Below the pieces are notes generated by a model. That model was not told the origin of the DNA, made no database searches, and saw nothing but the letters and a program-made list of their open reading frames with translations. From Azolla caroliniana (lineage: Eukaryota > Plantae > Polypodiophyta), in NCBI GenBank assembly GCA_043228905.1, contig JBHGNT010000009.1, forward strand, positions 9,734,001 to 9,798,000: a stretch of DNA of 64,000 bases. The letters are read 5' to 3'. Below, piece by piece: positions 27,770-39,920 of the stretch. The position numbers and the translations under genes were made by a program. Numbering within the stretch: position 1 is the stretch's first letter; each line of letters opens with the position of its first letter.

Positions 27770-30700
27770 TCGGCTCCCATGTTGCTTCGGAGATCGGGTA
27801 CCCTTTCAAGAGGACAAGGTATTGAAGCTGGCAACAAAAGAGATGAGAGTTGAGAATTTGGTCGACCTCATATTCTTCTCCGGTTGAGAGCTAGATTGGT
27901 GGTGGAGGAGAAGGGTGTTGACCGGGGATTTCAGATATATGGTGAGGTTCGAGAAGGGAGAGATGGAATACATTATGAATACGGAAGTGGGATGGTGGCT
28001 CTAAGCAGACAACCATGGAACCAATTTACGATGATTCGGAAAGGGCCTAACTTCTTGTAATCAAGCTTCAGACAAGGACGAGTGGTGGCAATATTGTGAC
28101 GGAGAAGCCAAACAAAGTCACCTACCTCGAATCGGGAAGCATCTAAATGAAGACGGTCAACTTGCTTGTTGTAGTGTTCGCCAACGAGGGTGAGCTCCAA
28201 GGAAAGGTTGCAATGAGACGTGCTCGGTCCTCCATAGAAGGATTGACAGAGTCTGAGGGAAGCGAAATGTTGAAGTGGGGGTGGAGACCGTAGTTTGCGA
28301 AAAATGGAGTAACTCCTCTAGATGTATGAAGAGAGTTGTTGTAGGCGAACTCGGCAAGTGGAAGAAGGTCAACCCAGTTGTCTTGTTGCTAGCTAAGAGA
28401 GCACCACAAGTATTGTTCCAAGATTTGGTTAACCCCAATCGAAACAAATTGTGGTCCTCGATAAGAAGTGGTATCATCCAGGAGGCCATGTAGTCGAACC
28501 ACATTTTTGAAAAACAAATCGGCGGTCTCCTCTCTGGTAATGGTTTTGGCACATGGAGCAAAATGAGCCATCTTGGTGAAGCGATCAACCATGACAAATA
28601 CCAAGTAATAGCCACTAACCAAGGGAAGGTCAATGATGAAATCCATGGAAAGAGAGGACCAAGGCCGTTTGGGGATTGGGAGAGGGTGAAGGAGACCATA
28701 TGGTCGATGATGAGATGCTTTAGAGCGAGCACAAACATCGCATGACTTAATGACCTCTTTGACCAATATCCATGGTTGTGGCCACCAGTACCCTCGAGAT
28801 ATCAACTCCAAGGTTTTCGCAATGCCAAAATGACCATCAAGTGGATCATCATGACACTCATGGAGCACCCTGGTCCGATACAAACCTTTTGGGACATACA
28901 AAAGATTACCTCAAAACAAAAGGTTATCTTGAATCGTAAAAGAAGCTAAATCGGGCCTTTTGGGTTCATGGGAGGTGTTTGTGATACTTGCCTTGACCTC
29001 TGTGGCGAACTTGTCAATCGTAGTGGCTTCTGCTATTTGCTTGAGGAAAGAGTCATCCTGGAGCAAGCAAGTCGTGAAGTTGTAGAATTGGTAAGGCATC
29101 ATCCTCTGGACTGAGCTTGAACTCAAACCGACGGGGTAAGACGTCGACTGTGGTGTGTTGAGCATTGGGTCGAAAGATTATCTCAAAATCATAGTCTGCC
29201 AAGAAGGTTGACCATCACGCTTGTCTATGATTTAAAGTTCGTGTGGTAGAAATGTACATTAGATTTTTGTGATCGGTAATCACTTGGATACGGTGTTGCA
29301 CCCCAGCTAAATAGTGTCTCCATTCTTCAAACGTTGCAATAATAGTGAGAAGCTCATTGTCATATATGGGGTAATTGATTTCTGGGCCCGTGAATTTTCC
29401 AGAGTAGTAAGCCACTGGATGAGCACGCTGACCTTATCTAGCTGGGAGAGGATCGCCCCAATGCCGAAATCGGAAGCATCCGTTTCGACTTGGAAAGGCT
29501 TAGTGGGGTCGGGATGTAAAAGGACTGGTGCCATAGTAAAGGCTTGTTTCAGCAAGTCGAACGCCTTTTCTGCAGATGTTGTCCATTCGAGAGTAGCATC
29601 CTTTCGGGTAAGAGCAATGAGAGGTTGTGCAATCATTGAGAATCCTTTGATGAAGCGACAATAAAAATTGGCAAAACCCACTCTTGGATAGTCTTGACTT
29701 TTCGTGTGTCCATTGTGATTCATTGTGTCGAGATGACATACCCAAGAAACTCTGCAAAAGTACGATCAAATTCACATTTTTCACTTTTAGCATAGTGTCC
29801 ATGCTCGCGAAGTTGGGCGAGGACTAACCTGACATGTTGAGTATGCTCCTTGATGTTTGAAGAGAAGACGAAGATATCATCTAGATAGATGACAAGAAAG
29901 TGATCTAGATATTCTTGGACGATGTCATTCATCATATCATGAAATACTGCAGGAGCATTAGTGAGGCCGAAAGGCAATACCTTATACTCAAAATGACCGT
30001 AGCGTGTTCTAAAGACAATTTTCCATTCATCTCCAGGTTTGATCTGTACTAGATTGTATGCTCCCTGTAGGTTAATCTTAGAGAAGATCCGCCCAGTTCG
30101 GAGTCGATCCAACAACTCTAGGATGAGAGACAGTGGGTAGCGGTTGTGAACAGTAATCTTGTTTAGACCCGATAGTCAACGTAGAGGCGTTAGGAGCCAT
30201 TTATCTTTTTCACGAACAAAACAGGAGCTCCTGCTAGTGATTTTGAGGGTTGAATAAAACCCTTTTCAAGGTTCTCGTTGAGATAAGTTCAGAGTGCTTG
30301 GAGTTTTGGTTCTGACAACCCATAAATTGGGCCAAAGGGAGGACTGGCACCTTCTTGCAGATCGATCAGATAGTCGTAGCATTGATGCTCATGCAAGTGA
30401 TCAACATTCTTTTTCTCAAACACGTCCCTGAAGTCTTCATACTTGGATGGTAATGAGTCAGTAGTTTTCCTCATTGGATTGCTCGACTCAGAGGCACTAT
30501 GCACTATTTTCCTTGTTGTGACTAGGATGTGAGCATCTGCCTTGGAGCTAATTCTTGCTTTAATGGGGGGGTGAGCGCCTGCTACAACATGAGAGACGGC
30601 TTGCACCTCCGAGCTGGTTTGGGTGAAAGTAATTGAGTGATTGCGCCAATCAACAAGTGGATTTTGTGCCTTCAGCCAAGACAAACCAAGGATGACCGGA

Positions 30701-30802
30701 TGTCGCGGTGAAGTGATAACATAAAAGGTTAAGGCCTCCTAGTGGTCCCCGAGCTGTAAGATAAGTGGGACAATGGCTTCAGTGATTGCTCCTGAAGAAA
30801 AC

Positions 30803-31116
30803 ATGCGTCCATCAATAGCTTCCACTGGGATTGGCTTGGACAATTGGACAACCGTGTCGTGTGAATCTTCACACACTATGTAAAAAAATAATGAAATAAT
30901 TATTATAGATTAGATTAGTAGCTTATTATATGTAAACGATTACTTGCGGAAGCGTTAGATGCGTCCATCAATAGCTTCCACTGGGATTGGCTTCCAGACA
31001 ATTGGACAACCGTGTCGTGTGAATCTTCACACACTATGTAAAAAAATAATGAAATAATTATTATAGATTAGATTAGTAGCTTATTATATGTAAACGATTA
31101 CTTGTGGAAGCGTTAG
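30803..31116. repeat. About 156-bp direct tandem duplication spanning a gypsy/copia junction
   Basis: 30803-30958 is repeated at 30959-31116. Confidence 0.92.
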
Positions 31117-34100
31117 AAAACAGAGAAAGCAGGGAATACACAGAGTGCACGGGAGAGACAGAGAGAGCAGAACCTCAAAGATATATTCAAAAATATATAA
31201 AAACACTATGTACTGACAATTATGCTCAGTAGCATTATTTATACAAGTCCTTGTGGGACTGACAGAAGTACCGCGTACTTCAATGCTCACACGAGCATCT
31301 GACACTTACTACGAGACTATAATTGCGTAGTAGTCTACACTAGTACTAGGCTTCCAGTTATTGATTGGATCCGGCAAATCGGCTCCCCAGCTCACCGGAT
31401 TTGTTGCTTGCCGGCTCGGTTGCTCACAGCTTACCGATCTGTCTCGCTTGCCGGCTCAGGCTTATTCAGCCAATACGGCTCCAGTTGAGCTTGCCACTCA
31501 ACACTCCCCCTCAAGCTCAACTTGAGGTTGGATCTTAGTGTCAGTCTCTGTGGCAATCGGTTCTTCCAACCGACTTCTCTTGGCATCGCTTCGCCTTGCT
31601 CGCGCTCCTCGTCTGGTCCGGTCCCGTTTGCCGCCACCCTTCTGGTCCTGCGCGCCTCGACCTTCTTGGTTGGCATGTCTGCTCAATAGGCCCCTCTCAG
31701 CTCCTTTGCTGCTATGACTCCGACGCTTGCCGATCCATCGGTTCCTTCGCGATGGCATCGACTTCTGCTACATCCGTGTCTGCTTGGCCTTGAATTGATC
31801 CGGTTCTTCCGAATCTGTCTTTTGAACCGAATCGATTGTCTCCGATTCGTTCCAGCTCTTGTCCGAATCGGTTGCTCCCGATTTGTCTTCTGGTTCCAAG
31901 CCCATTACCACATCGGACCATGTTCGGGTCATGGCCTTCTTCCTTCGGTCGGCTCTGTCCTTCTTGACTCTGCTGCTTTCTATTCTTCCCTCACCGGCGC
32001 AATCGACTGTCTCTTTGCCTTTGCCCATTCCGGTGTCTCCGTCCGTTCTCCCCCTCAAGTGTGGCACGTCGAGATGCTGAACACCAAGCATGTCGGTAAA
32101 GTGCTGCAACTTGTCCAATCCGAGCGGCTTGGTGAAGATATCGGCAACTTGCCGATCTGTGTGAACATACCGTAGTTCAACTTCACCGCTCAGGACCCGC
32201 TCACACACAAAGTGATAGTGAACTTCTATGTGCTTCGTGCGAGCATGGAACATAGGGTTCTTGGCGAGCTGCATACTGCTGATGTTATCACAATAAATCG
32301 GGATCGGGGTTGGTACCTCGATCCACAAGTCTCGCAACAGTCGCCGAAGCCAAATGGCTTCGCAAGTTGCAAAGGTCGCGCCCCGGTACTCAGCCTCAGT
32401 GCTTGATAGAGCCACTGTTGGCTGCTTTTTGCTGCTCCATGCAACAGCTGCGCTCCCAAGGGAAAACATAAAACCGGAGGTTGATCGGCGATCTGATGCA
32501 TCTCTGGCCCAGTCGGCATCTGTGTAACCAACCAACTCTTCGGGTATACCGTGCCAATATAACAGACCCCGGTCCTTCGTGTCGCTTACATATCGCAGTA
32601 TCCGTGGCGCACACTGAAGGTGCTCCACGGTCGGCTTTTGCATGAATTGGCTTATCATTCCGACCGGATAGCTGATGTTGGGTCGCGTGATAGTCAAGTA
32701 AATAAGGGTTCCGACGATAGCTTCTGGTTCTGGTCCAAGGGTGTGGAGACAGGTCGGAATTCTGTCATGCCAAACTTGTACAACATATTCAAGACGTAAT
32801 GTCATTGTGAGAGTAATATGCCGTCGGGGGTTCAGATCACCTCGATCCCTAGAAAATAATGAAGGTCCCCTAGGTCCTTCATCTCAAATGCGTCCGACAA
32901 TAGGGACTTGACGTGGGTGATTTGAGGAACACCCGGTCCGGTGATGACTAGATCATCAACATACAGCACGATACATACTAGACCAGTTGAGTCTTGCTGG
33001 ATGAACAATGAAGAGTCCGATTTGGAGGCCACAAACCCCATCTTACGCAACCGGTGCGTGATCTTCGCATTCCAAGCTCGAGGAGCTTCCTTCAGGCCGT
33101 ACAACGACTTCTTTAGCCATCATACCGTTGACTTATTCATCTCCGATTCAAAGCCGGGGGGCTGAGTCATAAAGACTTCTTCTTCAAGATCACCCTGAAG
33201 AAACACATTCTTCACATCCATCTGGTGAAGATGCCACCCCCTTGCTGCAGCAACCGCCAGCACCACACAAACCATCGTCATCTTCGCTACCGAAGCAAAG
33301 GTCTCGTCGTAATCGATTCTGTGGGTCTTGGCGTATCCCTTCGCCACTAACCGGGCTTTATACCGGTTAACAGAACCGTCAGCGTTGTACTTTACCTTGT
33401 ATATCCACTTGCATCCGATCGGTTTACAGTGACGAGGAGGGTCACCCAGGTTCCATGTCTTGTTGACATGAAGTGCCCACATTTCTTCTTCCATAGCGAC
33501 ACGCCAATTTGCGTCCTTGGCCGCTTCTGTGTAGCTCTCCGGCTCACGCACTTCCGCCACCTTAGTCATGTATGCATAGTGATGCGCCATGTATTCATTG
33601 TACCCGTACCGCTGGACGAGATCCTTCTTGCGGGTGGACCGACGTAACTCACTGTTACCCGGTTTGAGGCCCTTCTTGGCCGGTTCGGTCTCTGTTGCCG
33701 AAGATCTGCCTTTCTCCTTGTCGGAGTCGGATGCACACTGATCCGACTCATCGTTGCCGGTTTTGAATTCCGGCATTTTCTTCTTCCCCTTCTCTTTGCG
33801 CTTGCGCGGGGAGTGCAGAACAGAGTCTCCACTACTCGCCAGTTCCTCATCGGACTAGTCAGATTGACTCAGTCTCTCGTTCGGCCCGCTCAACCGGAAC
33901 GATTCTGGACTCTCATCCTGAGTCCACGCTTCATCATCCTCTACCTGGACCGGATCAGGCCCACTAGCCTCATCCTCCAGCATCGGGTTAGATTCGGAGG
34001 TCGGAGTCGGTAAGGAGTACCACGATGCCGATTCATCAAACTCGACATCTCGACTAACTCGGACCTGCCTTGTTTGGGGGTTATAACACTTATAACCCTT

Positions 34101-34945
34101 TTGCTCTTGAGAATAGCCGATTAGGATGCATTTTTCTGATTTTGCATACAACTTCCTCCACTTCTCTTCCGGTACATGCACATATGCAATGCTACTGAAG
34201 ATCTTAAGGTGTCTCAAATTCGGCTTGCGTCCGAAATACAACTCGTGAGCTGACACCTTGTCACCGATCCGGTTCTGGATGTAGACAACTGTTCAGACTG
34301 CCTCCGCCCAGTAGAATTTGGGCATGCTCTTCTCCTCCAACATTGCCCTTGCCGCATCAATAAGAGACCGGTTCTTCCTTTCGGCAACATCGTTCTGTTG
34401 CGGTGTGTATCTGCAGCTGAACTCTCGCCGAATTCCCTTTTGCTGCAAATAACTATTGAATTGGCCGGAAAAGTACTCTTTTCCGCCATCCGACCACATG
34501 CATTTGATCTTCCTCTCCGATTCCCGTTCCACCGTGCTTTGGAGACTCCGGAAACACTTGAAGACTTCACTCTTCCGCTCAATGAGGTAGATCCTTGTGT
34601 GCCACGTATAGTAGTCGATGAAGGAGACAAAATATCGACTCCCGCCAAGACTAACATTCTGTGTCGGTTCCCACACATCGAAATGGATAAGGTCGAGCTT
34701 GTTACGGCTCCGGTTACGTTCAGTGGGGAATGGAATCCGGTGTTGCTTCCCAAGTTGGTAGGCTTCACATGGGCCATCCGGCCGCTAAACTTCGGCAAAC
34801 CGAAAACAACTTGTTTCATTTGCAGGTCTTGAAGCCTCCGATAATTGACGTGGCCTATCCGCTTGTGCCACAGGTCGATGTCCGATTCAACCTTCTGTCC
34901 TTTTGCAAACAGAGCGGTGCCAACATCATTGGTGTCGAGGATAAA
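31037..34945 (-). mobile_element. Ty1/copia family B, 3' portion (3' LTR 31037-31503, PPT, RNase H, RT, integrase)
   Basis: ORFs 31768-32805 (GYTDADWA, RTKHIEVHYHF), 32832-33104 (LYVDDL), 33120-33776 (KARLVAKG) and 34293-34676 (integrase); PPT 31504-31515. Confidence 0.9.
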
Positions 34946-36639
34946 TGTTACCGGCCGGCAAAGGAGTCCAGAGTGTGAAACGGAGGAGTTATTTAATTAT
35001 TAGGAATGGTTGTAAGTAAGCTATGAGTGTGGACGGACGGACCGGAATCGGTATGCCGTTCCGGATCCGGACCGATCCCGAACAGGTGCGGATGGCACTG
35101 TTTTGTACTACAGACCGGAAACCTATTTAAAGGACCGGATACAATGTAATGAGGAGCGGATAATTAATAAAGATTAGTGTTTTTATCTCTCTGTGTTAAT
35201 TGCCGTTCTGCATTCATTGTTATATCTTACGCGTGTGATTATTAAGGACGATCTTGCTAAGTAACCTAAATCGTTGAGCCTAAGCCTCTTGCCGTAACAC
35301 CCCTTTGGTGAAGTGTCTTCCGTAGACACCCTGTGTTAGGCCATTGTCCGGCCCTAAGAGTTAACACAGTTTTTGGCGACAGGTGTCACTCACCGGTAAG
35401 TTGGCCCGGTGGACCTTACTGTTACAGGAATTCAAGTTCGAAATATTCTACCGACCCAGTATACAGCATGCCGTTAGCAATGGGCACGGTTTCGGCTCAA
35501 ACCGAACCGAACCGTTAAACCGTGGCTTAACGGTTTATCGGTTCAAAATTAAATAATGAGTTTGGTTTGGTTTAAAGAATGAAAGTTCGGTTTGGTTTCG
35601 GTTCGGTTCGGTTTAACATTTATCGGTTTATCGGTTTATCGGTTTATCGGTTTTATCGGTTTAACGGTTTCTATTAATTTGGTTCGGTTTATAGGTTTAT
35701 AGGTTCTTACCCTAGCCCTAAATTTTCAATTTTATAAATTATACCCTTCCTAAATTTTCTATTTTATAAATTATACCCTTCTTATTTTTACTATGGACCT
35801 AATACTAGTTAGTAATAGTAAGTACATACTACATACTACAAACTATAGGGTATGATACAGACAGTCTACAGACACAACTATCGAACAGACACACTGTGTA
35901 TCTACTGTTAACTACAGACAGACACAATTATCGAACAGAAACACAGGCGGCATTGTGCAGGCTGAGGCGGCAACCACCAATCACCACTTCATTGCTCTTC
36001 AGACTCCAAACTCTCCATAACACAGGTATGAATCATGATCCATAACACAGGCTGAGACACTCCAAACTTTTTTTATAGATGTGTGGTTTGCATATATGAG
36101 AATATGGGTATGTGAGTTAACGTGTGTGCATACATGTGAGAGAAGAGAGATTTGTATGTAAGCAAATATGAGATCAATACGAGTATGTGAGTTTATGCTC
36201 GATTGAATAATCAGTAATATATGTATATGTATGTGTTTGTGAGCGAGTATCTTGAACTGGTATAATGTTTAAATCTATACTGGACTCCTGCAACTATGTT
36301 CTCTTTCGAATACTTGTTGCTTATCTCGAATAGCTTCAACTATGTTCTCTTTCGATATTTCTGTGATCTGTTTTGACATGATCTTAATGTACACCAATGC
36401 TCGTTAGATTTTCATTGAAAGGAATAATATTTCTTGGAGTTCTCAGTCCACGCTATCTGACTGAAGGAGTATCAATTGTATATGCTGAAATTAGAACACC
36501 TGCAAATACACCTGCAAGAACATAACTAACTTAGAAAGACTGTATCATTATATTATAAAGTACTGAAAGTCTTCACCATTCATATCAAACATTGATGTTC
36601 ATTGCTCATTTTCTGAGCCATTAAGATTGCATGTTTATT

Positions 36640-37180
36640 GTTTATTTTCTGGGTGGAGTAAACATAGATGATCATTATTTATCTTCAGAGTAGAGTAAAT
36701 ATGGTTATCCACTGTTTATCTGGTTATTGATGTTAACATAAATGCACATTCTATATTTTGTGAGTAGAAAAACATGGATATCGAGTATTTATGTGGTGAA
36801 TGGAGCATTTTAAACATGGACGTCCATTGTTTATTTTGTGAGCAGAGTAAACAATAACATCTATTATTTACCTTATGAGCATTGGGGGCATGAGTGTCAG
36901 TTGTTTATCCTGTCAGAAAATATGGATGTCCATGGATTATCCTGTTAATGAGAGTAAACATGGGTATCCATTGTTTATTTAATGATTGGAGTAAAGTAAA
37001 CATGGATGTCCAATTTATCTGGTGATTAAGGTAAACATGGGTGCGCGGTCATGGGTTAACTTGACAACTTGGATTTGCATCGTTTATCTTGTGAGTAGAG
37101 TAAACGGTGGTGTCCATTGTTTATCTGGTTAGTGAAGTTAACACGAATGTTTTATTGAGTGATTAGAGTAATGGGCATGT
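36640..37180. repeat. Degenerate ~37-bp tandem array with a palindromic core, in the hAT 5' intron
   Basis: About 14 units of GAGTAAACATGGAYRTCCATTGTTTATC plus ~10 nt. Confidence 0.8.
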
Positions 37181-37331
37181 CTATCTTTCTATGTTTGCCA
37201 TTGGACATAATGGTCGTTTTACTGTTCTTAGCTAACTTAGCAAACTTTCTACTTCATTTATTTTTCTCATTATAATGTACATATTTGAAATGTGCTAATT
37301 GAGTTAATTGAATTTTATAGGACACCATAAA

Positions 37332-39544
37332 ATGGAATCATCATCTCAAACTGATGCTGCAATGAACTCATCTTCATTTGATGTTAGTCGTGGGTCAACA
37401 AGTAGCTCAAGAAAAAGGCTACGCACATCATGGACAGATGCTCACATCATATTTTATATGGATAATGGCACACCTCGACGACGATGCCATCATTGCCATG
37501 TTTGTTGGTCTTCTACAACATCCACAGGCACTATAGCCAAACATTTAGCAGAAAAGCATCGTTTATCAAGCGACCCAGACCAAAATTCAGGTATATCACA
37601 TCACATTCAATCTTCAATTGAGTCAGCTAGAGTATCTCATGTTTTAGAGAAGAAAATTGATGCTGCCATCGTGAAGTATATTGTGAAGGGAACATTGCCC
37701 CATGCACATGTGGAATCACCTGAATTTAAGGAATTCATGCAACAAATTGTACCTGGATATCAAGTAAAGTCAAGACGTACAATTAAGCGTTCTATCCTAG
37801 AAATGTATGTGGTGTTGCGTCGTCAGGTGATAGATTTGCTATCAAAATGCCAATCAAGATTTTCCATAACATTTGATGGTTGGTCAAATAGTAGTTTGAA
37901 GGGCTTCTACTCAGTGACACTTCATTGGGTATGTCATGAGACAGCAAGGTCAAGGTCAATGTTATTGGATTTTGTGCATGTATTTCCAGGTGTTGGATCA
38001 GGGAAGCGTTGTGCACATGCCCTTTTTGCTCGACTTCGATCCTTTGATATTTCTAGTCGACTCTTAGCTACAATTTTTGATGGAGCGAGTGATGCACAAG
38101 TAGCTGCAAAAGAGTTGAGCATGTTGTTACAAGATGAGCATGGTAAGGAAATTTTGGCTCCATCACATATGTTAAGATGTATGGTTCACACTTTTCAGTT
38201 GGGTATCAAGGCAGCATTAGAGGTTATCTCACCCTCAACAGAAAAGTTGAGAACAGTGCTCCATACTATTAGATCTAGCAAGGTTCGAAGGGAAGTGTTT
38301 AGGAAGTATGCTAGGATGGTTGAGCATCATGAAAGGGAACCCCCAAGGCTCGATGTTGTTACAAGATGGAATTCTACCTTGGAAATGTTTAGGCAATCTA
38401 TCAAAGATAAAGATGTATTGAACTTTACAATTTCAGATTTAACAATATCAAGTGATTTCAATGGTAATGTCTTGACCAGAGAAGATTGGAGTCACATACA
38501 TGCCATGGCGGAATGGCTAGATACACCGGCCGAGGTTTCTACTTTTTTGGGAGGCTCAAAATATCCTACATTATCACTAGCATCGCTAGCATATAATTGT
38601 TTACTAAATCATTGCAATCAATTTTTAGATTCTTCGCTTCCAGGATCATCTAGATTTACACAAGAGGTGCTTCAAAGAGCATCTGAGAACTGCTTGCAAT
38701 ATTTAATTAAGTATCAAGAATCGTTAAAGTCTATTCCATCTCGCATAGCAATGTTTCTTGATCCCAGGTAATGCTTACCTTTATATCGTACAATTATCAT
38801 CATGATTTCTGATTTTTTATTTGAGTTTAAAACCGTTTTATTTGTTTGATAGATTGCCTCTTCCAAATAATCATACAGAAAGAGAGTTAGATATTAAGTT
38901 GGTTGAAAGCATGATTGAGTCCCACTATCACTCGTTCTCGAGTGATGTTGAACCACGTTCGGCTTCAACCACAATACATGAAAATGATAAGAACTCTAAA
39001 ATTTGGACGTTAATGGGTGTAAATAATAAAAGTCTTATTTCCGATTCACAGTCAGAAATTCAGCACTTTATGAGACTTCCTTCGGCTAGCACGGATAAGG
39101 ATCCTTTACAATGGTGGAATGAAAATAAATCGGCAATGCCTTCACTATATAGGATGGCATGTGATTACCTCAGTATACCAGCATCATCAGTACCTGCTGA
39201 AGAGGCTAATTCGGCAGCAAAAATGACCTTTGATAATAGGATAAAACTACATTCATGCACTTTCAAAGCTGAAATGTGCGTTCGATCATGGATGAATGTT
39301 TTAAAAGAATGTAATGTTCAAATGTTAGATAATTTTCACATCAGTTATGCGGAACTAACAATGAATTTGGATGATCTTGTTGCTGAAGACGAGGTAATAG
39401 ATTACATATCGCATGATAGTCAAAGGAAGATTAAGGTATGCATACTTGTTACTTGGTTGTTTTTTGTTTGAGTCTTTACTTAAAGTTTTATTAATAATTA
39501 CTTACTTGTTTTTATGTATTTTATATGTACAGGAATCATGTTGA
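37332..39544 (+). CDS. hAT transposase, predicted exons 37332-38767, 38853-39435, 39533-39544 (676 aa)
   Basis: BED zinc finger (CHHC..HLAEKH), ITFDGWS, IFDGAS, RCMVH, TRWNST, dimerisation domain DPLQWW..IPASSVPAEE; GT-AG introns keep the frame. Confidence 0.88.
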
Positions 39545-39759
39545 TTTTTGACATGTTAACGACAATAGTGGTTGCAATTGGAGATCTTCAAAGTCATTGT
39601 AATTTTTATTACATGTTGTTTACTATTTTGTTTTTAGTCGATTCTTTAAATTTGTTATTATGAATTACTTAATTCTTTTGTATATTTTATGCTTTCAGAA
39701 ATCCCTTATTCAAATATTGGAAACAAAAAGCTGGATTAAGTCCTATGGTCCATGGATTT

Positions 39760-39920
39760 GGAAAATTGGAACTCTATTATATGGATTGTTGTTCTTAATT
39801 GGAAAATTGGAACTCTACTGAATGGAAATTTGGAACTCTATTGTATGGAATTTCGGAACTCTATTGTATGGAATTTTGGAACTCTATTGTATGGAATTTT
39901 GGAACTCTATTGTATGGATT
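39760..39920. repeat. 21-bp tandem repeat (GGAACTCTATTGTATGGAATT-like) in the hAT 3' region
   Basis: About 6 copies by direct reading. Confidence 0.85.

Larger units (their letters stand above)
26582..30854 (-). mobile_element. Chromovirus Ty3/gypsy (Tcn1-like), 5'-truncated, degenerate; 3' LTR about 26582-27073
   Basis: Protease, RT (YLDD, 29720-30115), RNase H ([11 protein letters not shown]), integrase (HECHD..GHFG, SMDFI), chromodomain (EYEVDQILNS..YLV..KGYPISEATWEP); PPT at 27074-27086. Confidence 0.88.

Noticed and set aside
36640-37180. CRISPR-like array (palindromic repeats with spacers)
   Set aside because: Linkers are only ~12 nt and related to each other, repeats are degenerate, there are no cas genes, and the context is a eukaryotic intron.
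37308-39471. Domesticated SLEEPER-type host gene
   Set aside because: It is flanked by TIRs and a perfect 8-bp TSD inside a gypsy pol, so it is a transposon.
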